DNA of 64,000 bases from Octopus vulgaris (GCA_951406725.2 OX597819.1:64666001-64730000); one strand, 5' to 3'. Positions 40,452 to 51,641 are shown, counted from the first letter of the stretch. Made by a program: numbers and translations. The notes: a model not told the origin generated them from the sequence alone.

Positions 40452-41660
40452 TTATTTATATGAATTGAAGGTGTGTTTCTGCCAATGCTTACATTTGTAC
40501 GATTTTTCAATGTGTGTGTTTACTAGGGGAACCTTGGCGAAAAGGATATAAAAGAGTTCAGAATTACAAATGTTACAGAATTTTCTGCCCTTATCAAAAG
40601 GAAAGGATACAGACAATATGGACCAATCCAACTTGAAAGATATATTGTTGTCTTTAAGACGCCAAACTAATTTACTTAGCACTGTACTGTGTTGTTTTTT
40701 CTTATCTCGGAAATTCGAATAATGATTGGAAATTCTCTTGGACAACTGAGAAGTTGTCGCACCAATATAGAAGTAGACATCGGTACCGGAAGAAATTCTA
40801 CACTGGTAAATGGAATTTTTAATTCTGGAATTACTGGACAAAAATTTTAATCTATTAGGGTTTTCCTCCGAGATCGAGACGGAGTTTTTATTGTTATGAT
40901 TGCTGTTTTTATTACTACTAGCGTTAATCACTACACTATTTCTATTATTATTATTATTATCATTTTTAATTGTACTACAACTGGCAATATCTCCGACAAT
41001 AGTACCGTTGTTGTTGTTACCATCAACACTACCATTGTTATTAATCCGACTAATACTATTATTAATATTATTGTTCCTAATACTAACGCTGCTACGAATG
41101 CTGTTACTATCAATACTATTTCTATTATTATGGTTGTATGATGGGTTTGAATTGATAAGATTAGTGTTGGAACTCCCGGGTGAAGAATCTTTGTTTAGTA
41201 GCTTGTTGTTATGGGAAGCAATAATTTGCGAAAAATTTCTAGTGTTAGAGAATGCAATGCTTACCTTGTGTGAATTGATAATAGAATGATATCTAGAATT
41301 AATGGGAAAGTTCCTAGCAACGGCTTCACGGAACTGCAAGGAAAGGTTCGATTTGATTTGTTTTCCGTAAGGTATTACAAACCAGATATAGTTTTTTGTG
41401 GACCTTGAACTGTTCCTAGCGTTATTTGTGACAGTAAGGGGAAAATTTGTGTGTTGGAAATTTGGGGTTGGGTGGCGCTTACCTCCCCTGTTCCGTAAAG
41501 GATTTATCTTATGTACAGGGGTGCTGACACTATTAGAATTGAAACCATTATTTTTATTATTTTTATTACGAGTAGTGTTCCTATCCTGAGAAGTATATGT
41601 TGGTTTAGAATGGGCTGGGTCAATGTATGATACATTTTCTTTATAACCGGCTCTTGACAA
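40452..41660 (-). CDS. PLE C-terminal region: linker with Asn-rich insert plus GIY-YIG endonuclease (partial, no true start)
   Basis: IWFVIPY..F..HSIIN.H.V.IAFSNT.N..QII..HN; SIYQC..YFYIGATT..KRISNH..LSKLVWRLKD..WSIL..CNICNSE..LVN..E..KCKH. Confidence 0.85.
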   Translation of the reverse strand: MSRAGYKENVSYIDPAHSKPTYTSQDRNTTRNKNNKNNGFNSNSVSTPVHKINPLRNRGGKRHPTPNFQHTNFPLTVTNNARNSSRSTKNYIWFVIPYGKQIKSNLSLQFREAVARNFPINSRYHSIINSHKVSIAFSNTRNFSQIIASHNNKLLNKDSSPGSSNTNLINSNPSYNHNNRNSIDSNSIRSSVSIRNNNINNSISRINNNGSVDGNNNNGTIVGDIASCSTIKNDNNNNNRNSVVINASSNKNSNHNNKNSVSISEENPNRLKFLSSNSRIKNSIYQCRISSGTDVYFYIGATTSQLSKRISNHYSNFRDKKKQHSTVLSKLVWRLKDNNISFKLDWSILSVSFPFDKGRKFCNICNSELFYILFAKVPLVNTHIEKSYKCKHWQKHTFNSYK

Positions 41661-41964
41661 GACGGCGTTATAAAATTCCGCATTTTGGTTAAAGATGTCA
41701 ACATTAGCAGATAATTTTGACAGTCTAAGAGAAATGCGATCGTTAGTTTTCAGCTAATTCATTAGTATTGTCAGGTGTTTTTATTGCACCTTCAATTGAT
41801 CTAGTTGGTTTCAATTTTCAGTTGATGTTATGGTATAATTATAATGCTCAAATCAAATATCTGAAACATTTTGGTGTGGAAGTTCCAAATGTCATATTTG
41901 TTCAGTCTTTGATAGAATTACTTTCGGAACACTGCATCACTTTAAAAATTGCTGTAACTGAGAT

Positions 41965-42450
41965 GTTGTCTTGAGCCCTGGGGACAAGTCTCCTTAAACC
42001 ATAAGAACCTTTATTAGTAGTTTTGGGAATACACAATGCCACTTTTTTAAAGGCAAATTGTGTGTTCCTCCGTTCCGATATCCCTTAGGCTTTTGTTTAC
42101 TTTTGTCTGTGTTGTGACAAGAGCACTAATTACGAGACGAACGACTATCACTTTTGCATTCCACAATTTCTTGGCTACTTCCTGAGGTTTTTCAAATTTT
42201 ATTTGTATCCACTCTATTTTCATTATATTCCGTGTCAGTTCTATGAAGCCTTTTTATCCTCTACGATCAATATCGGTCTCCTTCCTTCGATAAACCAATC
42301 GGTCTTTATGGAGAAAGCCCCTAAATTCTTGTAATTAACATTCGTCATCATGTCAGACATTTCTTTATACCATTTTTTCTGTCACTACGAATTTACCCAA
42401 TCGGCTAACAGTCTAGTGCACTCTTCCCACCAGTCGTGCCTGAGGGTAGA
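41965..42450 (-). mobile_element. Old R4/Dong-like RLE 3' fragment (fourth subfamily)
   Basis: IKTDWFIEGRRP.LIVEDKK..KKLWNAKVIVVRLVISAL..LKKVAL..LLIKVL across frameshifts. Confidence 0.65.
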
Positions 42451-45400
42451 CACATTTGTGCTAGCTTCAAAAATGGTAACACTGACGTTAAAGCTTCATG
42501 TCCGATCCTAAGATTTACAACAATTATCGGAAAGTGGACCTGAATGGAATGTTATATCAGTTCCTTTATTTCATTTTCGCGAATGGAAGAAACATCAAGT
42601 ACATTAGCTTTCTCTACAAAATTTCTCTATTTAGAGGAAATCATTTTGTGTGATATTTGTCAATACAAAATAGATGCAATCTGTTCAAAATTTTAAATGG
42701 ATGTATGACACTTGGAATTGATATTTAAGTGTGTCTGAAACAAGAGCGTAAACTCATTAGAGTGCAAGAGAGTATGGAGGAGAGAGCAATTTTATTGATG
42801 TTCCGAGTAAAAGTTTGTCGATAAAAACAGAAGCACATAATCGCATACATTTTTGCAATTACTATTTGAAAGGAAACAATGCAAAGAAGACGAATACCAT
42901 AAACTCACAGCTATGATAATTTTAATAACAATATCATGATACAGCAGCAACAACCTCTTGTATGTGTCCATTACAACAAATGTACAAAATAGAGCTGAAT
43001 CACATCCCTTTGAATATGGGCGGAAAATGAATTTGAATTGAGTTTAAATAAAAATATATAAACAAATATATTGTTAAATGAATGAATGAATGAATGAATG
43101 AATGAATGAATGAATGACTACATAAATAATTAAAGGGTGACATGTAAGTACAAATATTCTCACTCCTTCCAGAAGAGAAAAGATTGAACATGAAGAAATT
43201 CCCTCTCCGATATACAAATATATTTCTCAAAATATCTGGTGTTGATAATTCTAACGGCACTCCTAATATACATTCACACTACTCACATTCGCACGGATAT
43301 ATGTGCACACATATATTATCAATAGCTACAGACAAACACGATTTACTTTGTATATCAATAATGAAATATATATGCATTCATCGGAAAATTCTACGTACGT
43401 TCAAGCAAGAACGGCGAATGTCACAGGCAGTCCTACCCCGCGTAATGACATTGCTACAAACTAATGGCCCCTTTTTTCTATAACATCACACTATTCTTTG
43501 CATTATTCCAAAACAGTAATAATTCGAGATTTGATATCCTATCTCCTATATCTGTAAATAGTTGCACATAATTGGACTATATTAATCAAGATGTTAGGCT
43601 GAGCTGGAGATAAACCGCGCCGAAATGCGAGATTTGCAAAGCACACGTGCATCATCCCTTTCGCTCGTAGCTAGGCATTTAAAAATTGTTTCCTGGAATA
43701 ATCTAAAAACTAACAGAAAATAAATCATTATCTTCAAACCAAGATAAAAATCATATATACCTTATACAGAAATGTGATCTTGGAAAGGCATGCAGCGTTT
43801 CCCGACATGTTTATAGTTATAATTAATCAGAATTTTTGCATTACAACTTATTGGAGTTGATTACACAAAGAACAAACCACGTGAATTTCTCGCCCGTTCT
43901 GCCTTTCTGATTAAAATCTTATTGCCTCATTTAAGTTTATAATTTATTTGGTAAAGAATGATCTCTGATATTATCCCCAGGTCTTCTCTTTCATTTCTCT
44001 CACACTCCTCACACTTGCCTACTAATAATCTCTTGCATCGATGTTTATTTAAAAAACAATTATTGGTTTTATGATTTGGTGTTTTCTATTTGTGTTTATA
44101 GTGAGCATTAAAGTTAATTTTCTTCCGAGGGCTGGAAAAAAGGCGGAAAGATTGTCGGAAGGATAAAATTAATTGCTGTTCATATTAAAATTCGAGCAAT
44201 ATTTCGTAGACGAAGGAATATTATAAAACCTGAAGGGAAATACCATGATGAGGAATAAAATTAAAAATCGAAAACAGATAAATTCCAATTTGTCGAATGT
44301 CGATAAAAATCTTGTTCGATATGCATTGGTGGATGATTTATTTTTTGATCTTTGGTTTGTTCTATTAAATATTAATTCCTTTGGATTCGGTTCAAGACTC
44401 GTATTTCGAATGGGGAATGTTTATCATCACTCTAATCGAAATCAAATTTTTTTCTTCTTCTTTATCACTAACATCTTGACAAATACTATCAGTACACAAA
44501 TAGAAGAACTCTAAATAAGACGGAATTTCCACATTCCTTATATATATTACTATAAAATATTTGGTGAGTTGAATAATTGGTATACTCTGTTGTTTTTAAT
44601 TACATTCCTCTGAAGGTTTTATGTTTATATATGGTGTTCTAAATGAAGTGAGCTTCAACAAGATACACACGTGTATCTGATTATAGATTATCATGCATAC
44701 TGGAAAGGACGATTGGTGATCAACGTTTTGATGTTGCTTTGTTGCACTGGTCAATAGTTCTATACGGTGTACAATTCATGCGGCGTTCGATTACTGCATA
44801 TCATTTTCGAGAAATATGTACAATGACATACGAATAATGAGTAAAATCTTCGTTGACAGACTGCTATTATTCCATTTTAATTAAAGACTTTTAATTTAAA
44901 AACTCCAAAATTTTGGTGGCAATTTGTTGCAGTTGTCAACAGATGATTCATAAAATTTACCATGGCACTACAGGTGCGATCCTGCTGAGGTGGTGTCTAT
45001 AGTAGTAGTATTGGTACTAGACAACGTCTTTTGTTGAAATAAAGATCATAATAATGCTCCCAGCTGTGTTTCTTGGTGTAATATTGCTTTTAACAGATCG
45101 CTTTTAACAGATTTTCTGTGTGTAGCATAAATATATGTTCCTCAATTCCATGAAAGTTCCTAAAGCCTTTGGCAAGATTTACTACAATGCATGTATCTTT
45201 GACGTCGAATATTTGCAGTATCAGTTTCTGATAATCCCTAGGTATATAGAAAAAGCAGAACACTAGACCGATAAAAGAGTCACTTATCTAGCTCTAAATA
45301 CCGATGTTTTGTATCAAATAATCAAATATCATCTAGACACAACTGCTACAATCCCAGTACTTACAAGGATGAATGATTTGTAAGGATTTCTCCTCCCTAA

Positions 45401-46343
45401 CATAAGCAGTTAAAGATCAGAAAGGCCTCATCAAGCAGTTAGTTCCTCCAAGTAAGACACCAACATCAATATCATCATATTTTCTTTGTAAGTTCAATGA
45501 CGATAGGGAAAGGGTGTCGATGACAGTTAGAAGACATGAGACATGGATCTTACTGTATCTTGTTGAGCACTCTTTTATCGGAGTGACGAGCGAGTCAACC
45601 ATTTTCCACCAATATATCAAAGTGTATCTTTAGCACGTTATATCTGCTGAGTGGTGTTTTTACTCGTAAAAAGCCTAGCATCTCAGATTTATATCTATAC
45701 ACACAATTACACACGAACACACAAAGGTACACACACACGTGCACACTTACACACACGTGTGCACACACAAAACACACTTTGATACACACACACACACACA
45801 CATAGACCGAGAGACGTGGGGAGAAAATGAGATAAGAGACATACACACACTCACACACACATAGACACACACACACACACATACACACACACACACACAC
45901 ACTAACACATATATAATATTCATCCAATGTAACATAGGAAATAAATGAATACAATCGAAAGCAATCTGTGATGCGTAGTTCGATTAAGTACGCATAAGTG
46001 CGTGTGTGTGTGTGTATTTTATAGTGTATATATGTGTATATACTTAATCAAATACTTGTAGATATTATTTCTAATATCCAATTGTAGAATAACACATATA
46101 TCTTGTATTTGTACCGTTCCAAAGTGTGATAACTGCGCGTCGATATCGCGTCCTTGTCTTCCTAATAATTGCTGAATTTTTTTGCTTTCCTGTGATTTAA
46201 AAGTAAGACCTCGACTTCACAGACACAGACACAGACACGCAAAAACACACACATATGGACGATGTATTTGTGTATATGATTATGTATGTGTGCATCTATC
46301 TATCTATCTATCCATCTATCTCTCTATCTAACTATCTATCTAA

Positions 46344-46387
<44 letters not shown>

Positions 46388-46388
46388 A

Positions 46389-46453
<65 letters not shown>

Positions 46454-46494
46454 CTCTATCTATCTTGCTAGCTATCTATTTATCTACCTACCTA

Positions 46495-47745
46495 CTTACA
46501 TCCGCAGCTCATCTTCATGACCGAACTGCAATCGTGGATCAAAAAGAGGCTGAGGAAGGACGAATGGCACCGCGAGTGTCGCGTTGCTCTGAAGCAACTC
46601 TGCCGTCCTGAGTCAACCTTGAGTGACTCCATCACAACCAAAGCATTCTATAGGGGATTAGTGGAGGGGAGGTACGACGACGAGCTCGGGGCGAACCTGG
46701 ACGTCGACGAGGAATACCTGACCCGTCTGTTCGGGACGACTTTCGGGCCAGGGCCCATGGACGACTTCCAGAGATCCCTGGCCTGGCAGTGCTACCGAGA
46801 AGCGCTAGCCGTTCGGGATAAGATCTACAGACACGGCTCGAGAAACACGGGGCCGACCTGCCCGAGATGCGGTCAGAGCGACGAAACCTTTCTGCACGCA
46901 CGCGTGCAGTGTCCAACAATTTCCGATCTATGGGCTTATGTCGAACAACTGCTGTCACGTGTGGGACGAGTCGGTTTATCAGCTGAGTCTATCGTCAATA
47001 TTGTCACGCCTCCTTCCTTCAAACGGGAAGGAAGACCTATTTTCATCATCCTTGTGGCTATGGCGAAAGAATGTATCTGGTGGACGCGTCTGAAAGGATT
47101 GGAGACAAACACTTTCCTCTCTGGTCAACCACTCATCAACTTCTACAAGTACCACTTGAAAAGGAAAGTGAGAGTAGAGAGGCAAGTTTTGTCTACCGAA
47201 CGTTTTAAAAAAGGATGGGTGAATGTAGCAAGGATGGCGCGTATGAATGACGAAGCCACCTTGAGCATAATCCTATGAAGCCAGAAATTGAAAACAGAGG
47301 GTTACCCACTTGCAAACAAATGTGGTAACATATAACAATATTGACCAAGGTTACCGTGGTCTTTTTCGTAGGCTTTTCTTCCCACGGATAAACCTTACTT
47401 GCTTTCCCCTTTACACCACACATCATGACACTGTGATACACGATCCCTATTGATCGTAATTTTTCCTCTCCCCCTTTTTTCCTCTTTTTTCTTCTTTTTT
47501 CATTTTTCTTTTCTTTTTTTCACTTTTTCTTTGTTTTATTTTCCTATTTTTCTTTTTTTTTCTTTTCCTTTTTTTCTTTTCCTTTCTTTCTTTTTTTCTT
47601 TCTTTTTGTTCTTTTTTTCCTTTTACGATCCCTTTTGATCGAAAACCTACGCTACATTTTTTTTTCTTTCTCCCCCAAAAGAAAAGCTCTACCTTGTAAC
47701 TTGTCCCCTCTGTGTGCAGCCCTGTGTGGCCAATAATGAAACTTA
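46495..47745 (+). mobile_element. Tx1/L1-clade LINE 3' end inserted in (ATCT)n
   Basis: ORF2 C-terminus plus T-rich 3' UTR ending GTGGCCAATAATGAAAC; ATCT arrays at 46295-46495 and 47745-47970. Confidence 0.88.
46517..47278 (+). CDS. Tx1/L1 ORF2 C-terminal zf-RVT (CCHC) domain, partial
   Basis: FQRSLAWQCYREALAVRDKI..CPRCGQSDETFLHARVQCP..W; AKECIWWTR. Confidence 0.85.
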   Translation: MTELQSWIKKRLRKDEWHRECRVALKQLCRPESTLSDSITTKAFYRGLVEGRYDDELGANLDVDEEYLTRLFGTTFGPGPMDDFQRSLAWQCYREALAVRDKIYRHGSRNTGPTCPRCGQSDETFLHARVQCPTISDLWAYVEQLLSRVGRVGLSAESIVNIVTPPSFKREGRPIFIILVAMAKECIWWTRLKGLETNTFLSGQPLINFYKYHLKRKVRVERQVLSTERFKKGWVNVARMARMNDEATLSIIL

Positions 47746-47786
47746 TATATCTACCTATCTATCTACCTGTTTGTCTGTCTATCTAT

Positions 47787-47870
<84 letters not shown>

Positions 47871-48639
47871 ATCTCTATATATCTATCTATCTATCTATCT
47901 ATCAATATATCTGTCTGTCTATCTCTCTATCTATCTATTTATCTCTCTATCAATCTATATATCTATCTACAGACACACGTACTCACACACGCACGCAAAA
48001 CACTCACCCACATATGCACATATATATACACACACACACACATATACATTCGCATAACAATTCGCAGAAAATAGAATTAGTTGTAGGGTTATTCTCTGAC
48101 GCGGATCTTAAATGATTGCTCAAGCAACTCACCTAAGAAATCCTGTGAATAATTATGCAAATTTCTATTGAATTAAATTAAATTAAATTAAATTTAAACT
48201 CAGGTGTCAAACAAACAGCAATGTCGGCTGTTATTATTGTTTGCCTCTTCACTATTATTCAGTTTTTATGTTAGCCTTTGTTTTCGTAGCTGTTTTATAT
48301 TAATAGTGTTTGTTGAAATTCGAATATTGCTGTCCGGATACATGACGATTTCTGTGTTACGGATGTTATTTCAGCAGTTCATGTTTACGTTGTTGAGAAT
48401 GCAGAGGAAGCTGAAGGTTATGATAATGATGATCACAATGGTGATGAGGAAGACGGAGATGCTGACGATAATGATAACAATCGCGTTGATGCTAATAGGT
48501 ATTCTGATTATTATTGTGAAGAAATCTGTAGAGGATGCAAGATATTAAAGATGAAGACGACAGAATGGTGAAAATAAAATGGTGATGATTACGACAAGGA
48601 GTACAGTGACGATTAGCCGGCGATCATGATGACGATGAC

Positions 48640-48684
<45 letters not shown>

Positions 48685-49332
48685 GATGATGATGGTGGTG
48701 GTGGTGGTGGTGTTGATGATGTTCATGATGATGATTGTGATGATGATGTTGATGATGATGATGATGATGTAGATGATGATGTTGATGATGATGGCAATGA
48801 TGATGATGTCGACAGACACGCCGACGAAGATGACAGCGACGTCGACGACGGCGACGATGATGATAAGGACGATGAGGTCGATGACAATCGGAGACATTAG
48901 GATGAGTCGGGAAAACGTGATCGTTAAAGTTAGTGTTCGAAGCAGTACGTAAAGTATATGGTGAAGTTTATACTGTAGTTCCTTTAGTTTGATGTTTACC
49001 AGATGCAAAAGAAATTTCCTTTCATAATATCCTCGCTCTCTGGTTTTATTCACGTTTTTTTTATTATTTCGGCCAGTCTTATTTACGCACATATGCACCA
49101 TCTGAAAATAACAGTCACAAAAGAGACTTTCTACTCAGATAGATATAGCAATGTATCATGCATATTGTTATTTACTGTGTGCCTCTCAGTAATTCTATCT
49201 AACTGTCTGTCTATCTAGCTAGCTAGCTATCCACCAATTGACTATCTTTCTATGTATGTATGTATGTATGTATGTATGTATGTATGTATGTATGTATGTA
49301 TGTATGTATGTATCTATCTATCTATCTATCTA

Positions 49333-49400
<68 letters not shown>

Positions 49401-49629
49401 ATTAATCAATATAGGGTGGCAAAAAAAAATTTTGTAGAATTCTTTTGCCACCAGCGGCCTAGTAGGAAAAAATTAAAATAGTCAAAGACCATTTTTAAGT
49501 TCAACATCAACAATAAAGGAACGGCCATAATAGGCCATTCACCCACTAGAAATAACAGCCAAAGCTTCAACCGCAAATAAAAGTTAATTCAGTAAACCAG
49601 GAGAAAATTTAAAAAACAATTACCCTGTA

Positions 49630-49736
49630 ATTTCTTATACGATATACCGTTTCATCTGCTGATTAATGGTAAACTAACCTGATTAAATTAAATCAAGCCA
49701 ATCTTCCACAGGCCCTCAGATTCTTCAGTAAGAAAT
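49630..49736 (-). ncRNA. Type I hammerhead ribozyme, copy 1
   Basis: AUUUCUUA-CUGAAGA-AUCUG...CAGAU-GAAA-CGG UAUA UC-GUA-UAAGAAAU: 8-bp stem I, canonical core, stems II and III. Confidence 0.85.
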
Positions 49737-50122
49737 AGCCCAAGACGGAACAGATATTTTCACGAGGCATTTCCGACGTTGCCAAGTTAATATCTGACCT
49801 AAAATTTTCAAATCGTCGCACTCGCGCCAAATTTATCGGCAGCAAATAAATATAAGCCGTCGATTCCATTACGGAATTAACCAGAAAATTCATAATTAAT
49901 CAATATAGGGTGGCAAAAAAAATTTTGTAGAATTATTTTGCCACCAGCGGCCTAGTAGGAAAAAATTAAAATAGTCAAAGACCATTTTTAAGTTCAACAT
50001 CAACAATAAAGGAACGGCCATAATAGGCCATTCACCCACTAGAAATAACAGCCAAAGCTTCAACCGCAAATAAAAGTTAATTCAGTAAACCAGGAGAAAA
50101 TTTAAAAAACATTTACCCTGTA

Positions 50123-50229
50123 ATTTCTTATACGATATACCGTTTCATCTGCTGATTAATGGTAAACTAACCTGATTAAATTAAATCAAGCCAATCTTCC
50201 ACAGGCCCTCAGATTCTTCAGTAAGAAAT
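50123..50229 (-). ncRNA. Type I hammerhead ribozyme, copy 2
   Basis: Same 107-nt motif as copy 1. Confidence 0.85.
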
Positions 50230-50615
50230 AGCCCAAGACGGAACAGATATTTTCACGAGGCATTTCCGACGTTGCCAAGTTAATATCTGACCTAAAATTT
50301 TCAAATCGTCGCACTCGCGCCAAATTTATCGGCAGCAAATAAATATAAGCCGTCGATTCCATTACGGAATTAACCAGAAAATTCATAATTAATCAATATA
50401 GGGTGGCAAAAAAAATTTTTGTAGAATTATTTTGCCACCAGCGGCCTAGTAGGAAAAAATTAAAATAGTCAAAGACCATTTTTAAGTTCAACATCAACAA
50501 TAAAGGAACGGCCATAATAGGCCATTCACCCACTAGAAATAACAGCCAAAGCTTCAACCGCAAATAAAAGTTAATTCAGTAAACCAGGAGAAAATTTAAA
50601 AACATTTACCCTGTA

Positions 50616-50722
50616 ATTTCTTATACGATATACCGTTTCATCTGCTGATTAATGGTAAACTAACCTGATTAAATTAAATCAAGCCAATCTTCCACAGGCC
50701 CTCAGATTCTTCAGTAAGAAAT
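50616..50722 (-). ncRNA. Type I hammerhead ribozyme, copy 3
   Basis: Same 107-nt motif as copy 1. Confidence 0.85.
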
Positions 50723-51047
50723 AGCCCAAGACGGAACAGATATTTTCACGAGGCATTTCCGACGTTGCCAAGTTAATATCTGACCGATTCCATTACGGAA
50801 TTAACCAGAAAATTCATAATTAATCAATATAGGGTGGCAAAAAAAATTTTTGTAGAATTCTTTTGCCACCAGCGGCCTAGTAGGAAAAAATTAAAATAGT
50901 CAAAGACCATTTTTAAGTTCAACATCAACAATAAAGGAACGGCCATAATCGGCCATTCACCCACTAGAAATAACAGCCAAAGCTTCAACCGCAAATAAAA
51001 GTTAATTCAGTAAACCAGGAGAAAATTTAAAAAACATTTACCCTGTA

Positions 51048-51154
51048 ATTTCTTATACGATATACCGTTTCATCTGCTGATTAATGGTAAACTAACCTGA
51101 TTAAATTAAATCAAGCCAATCTTCCACAGGCCCTCAGATTCTTCAGTAAGAAAT
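51048..51154 (-). ncRNA. Type I hammerhead ribozyme, copy 4
   Basis: Same 107-nt motif as copy 1. Confidence 0.85.
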
Positions 51155-51349
51155 AGCCCAAGACGGAACAGATATTTTCACGAGGCATTTCCGACGTTGC
51201 CAAGTTAATATCTGATTTTAGGTCAGATATTAACTTGGCAACGTCGGAAATTCCTCGTGAATATCGATTTTTAATATCTAATTTTAGGTCAGATATTAAC
51301 TTGGCAACGTCGGAAATGCCTCGTGAAAATATCTGTTCCGTCTTGGGCT

Positions 51350-51456
51350 ATTTCTTACTGAAGAATCTGAGGGCCTGTGGAAGATTGGCTTGATTTAATT
51401 TAATCAGGTTAGTTTACCATTAATCAGCAGATGAAACGGTATATCGTATAAGAAAT
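51350..51456 (+). ncRNA. Type I hammerhead ribozyme, copy 5 (in the inverted unit)
   Basis: ATTTCTTA 51350-57, CTGAAGA 51358-64, ATCTG/CAGAT stem II, GAAA 51433-36, GTA 51446-48, TAAGAAAT 51449-56. Confidence 0.85.
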
Positions 51457-51576
51457 TACAGGGTAAATGTTTTTTAAATTTTCTCCTGGTTTACTGAATT
51501 AACTTTTATTTGCGGTTGAAGCTTTGGCTGTTATTTCTAGTGGGTGAATGGCCTATTATGGCCGTTCCTTTATTGT

Positions 51577-51641
<65 letters not shown>

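Larger units (their letters stand above)
39831..41738 (-). mobile_element. Penelope-like element, 5'-truncated, with GIY-YIG ORF and hammerhead-bearing 3' terminal repeat
   Basis: Open frame from SLRLSKLSANVDIFNQNAEFYNAVLSRAGY (RT thumb) to the stop at 40452; terminal repeat 39831-39960 is homologous to 61300-61435. Confidence 0.88.
49398..51580. repeat. Tandem array of a ~493-bp hammerhead-containing unit (units start 49398, 49892, 50385, 50816) ending in inverted partial copies; flanked by (TA)n
   Basis: Near-identical units; unit 3 lacks ~62 bp; unit 4 stops at ~51215; inverted pieces at 51216-51265 and 51281-51580. Confidence 0.95.

Noticed and set aside
48380-48900. Asp-rich or hydrophobic ORFs
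   Set aside because: Degenerate (GAT)n/(GAC)n repeat with no splice or domain evidence
49693-49893. 66-aa ORF repeated in the array (also 50186-50386)
   Set aside because: No recognisable motif, overlaps the ribozyme and is destroyed in unit 3; it repeats only because the DNA repeats
49398-51580. CRISPR-like array or ordinary satellite
   Set aside because: No short repeat/unique spacer pattern; few units, inverted ends and a ribozyme fit a retro-copied element better
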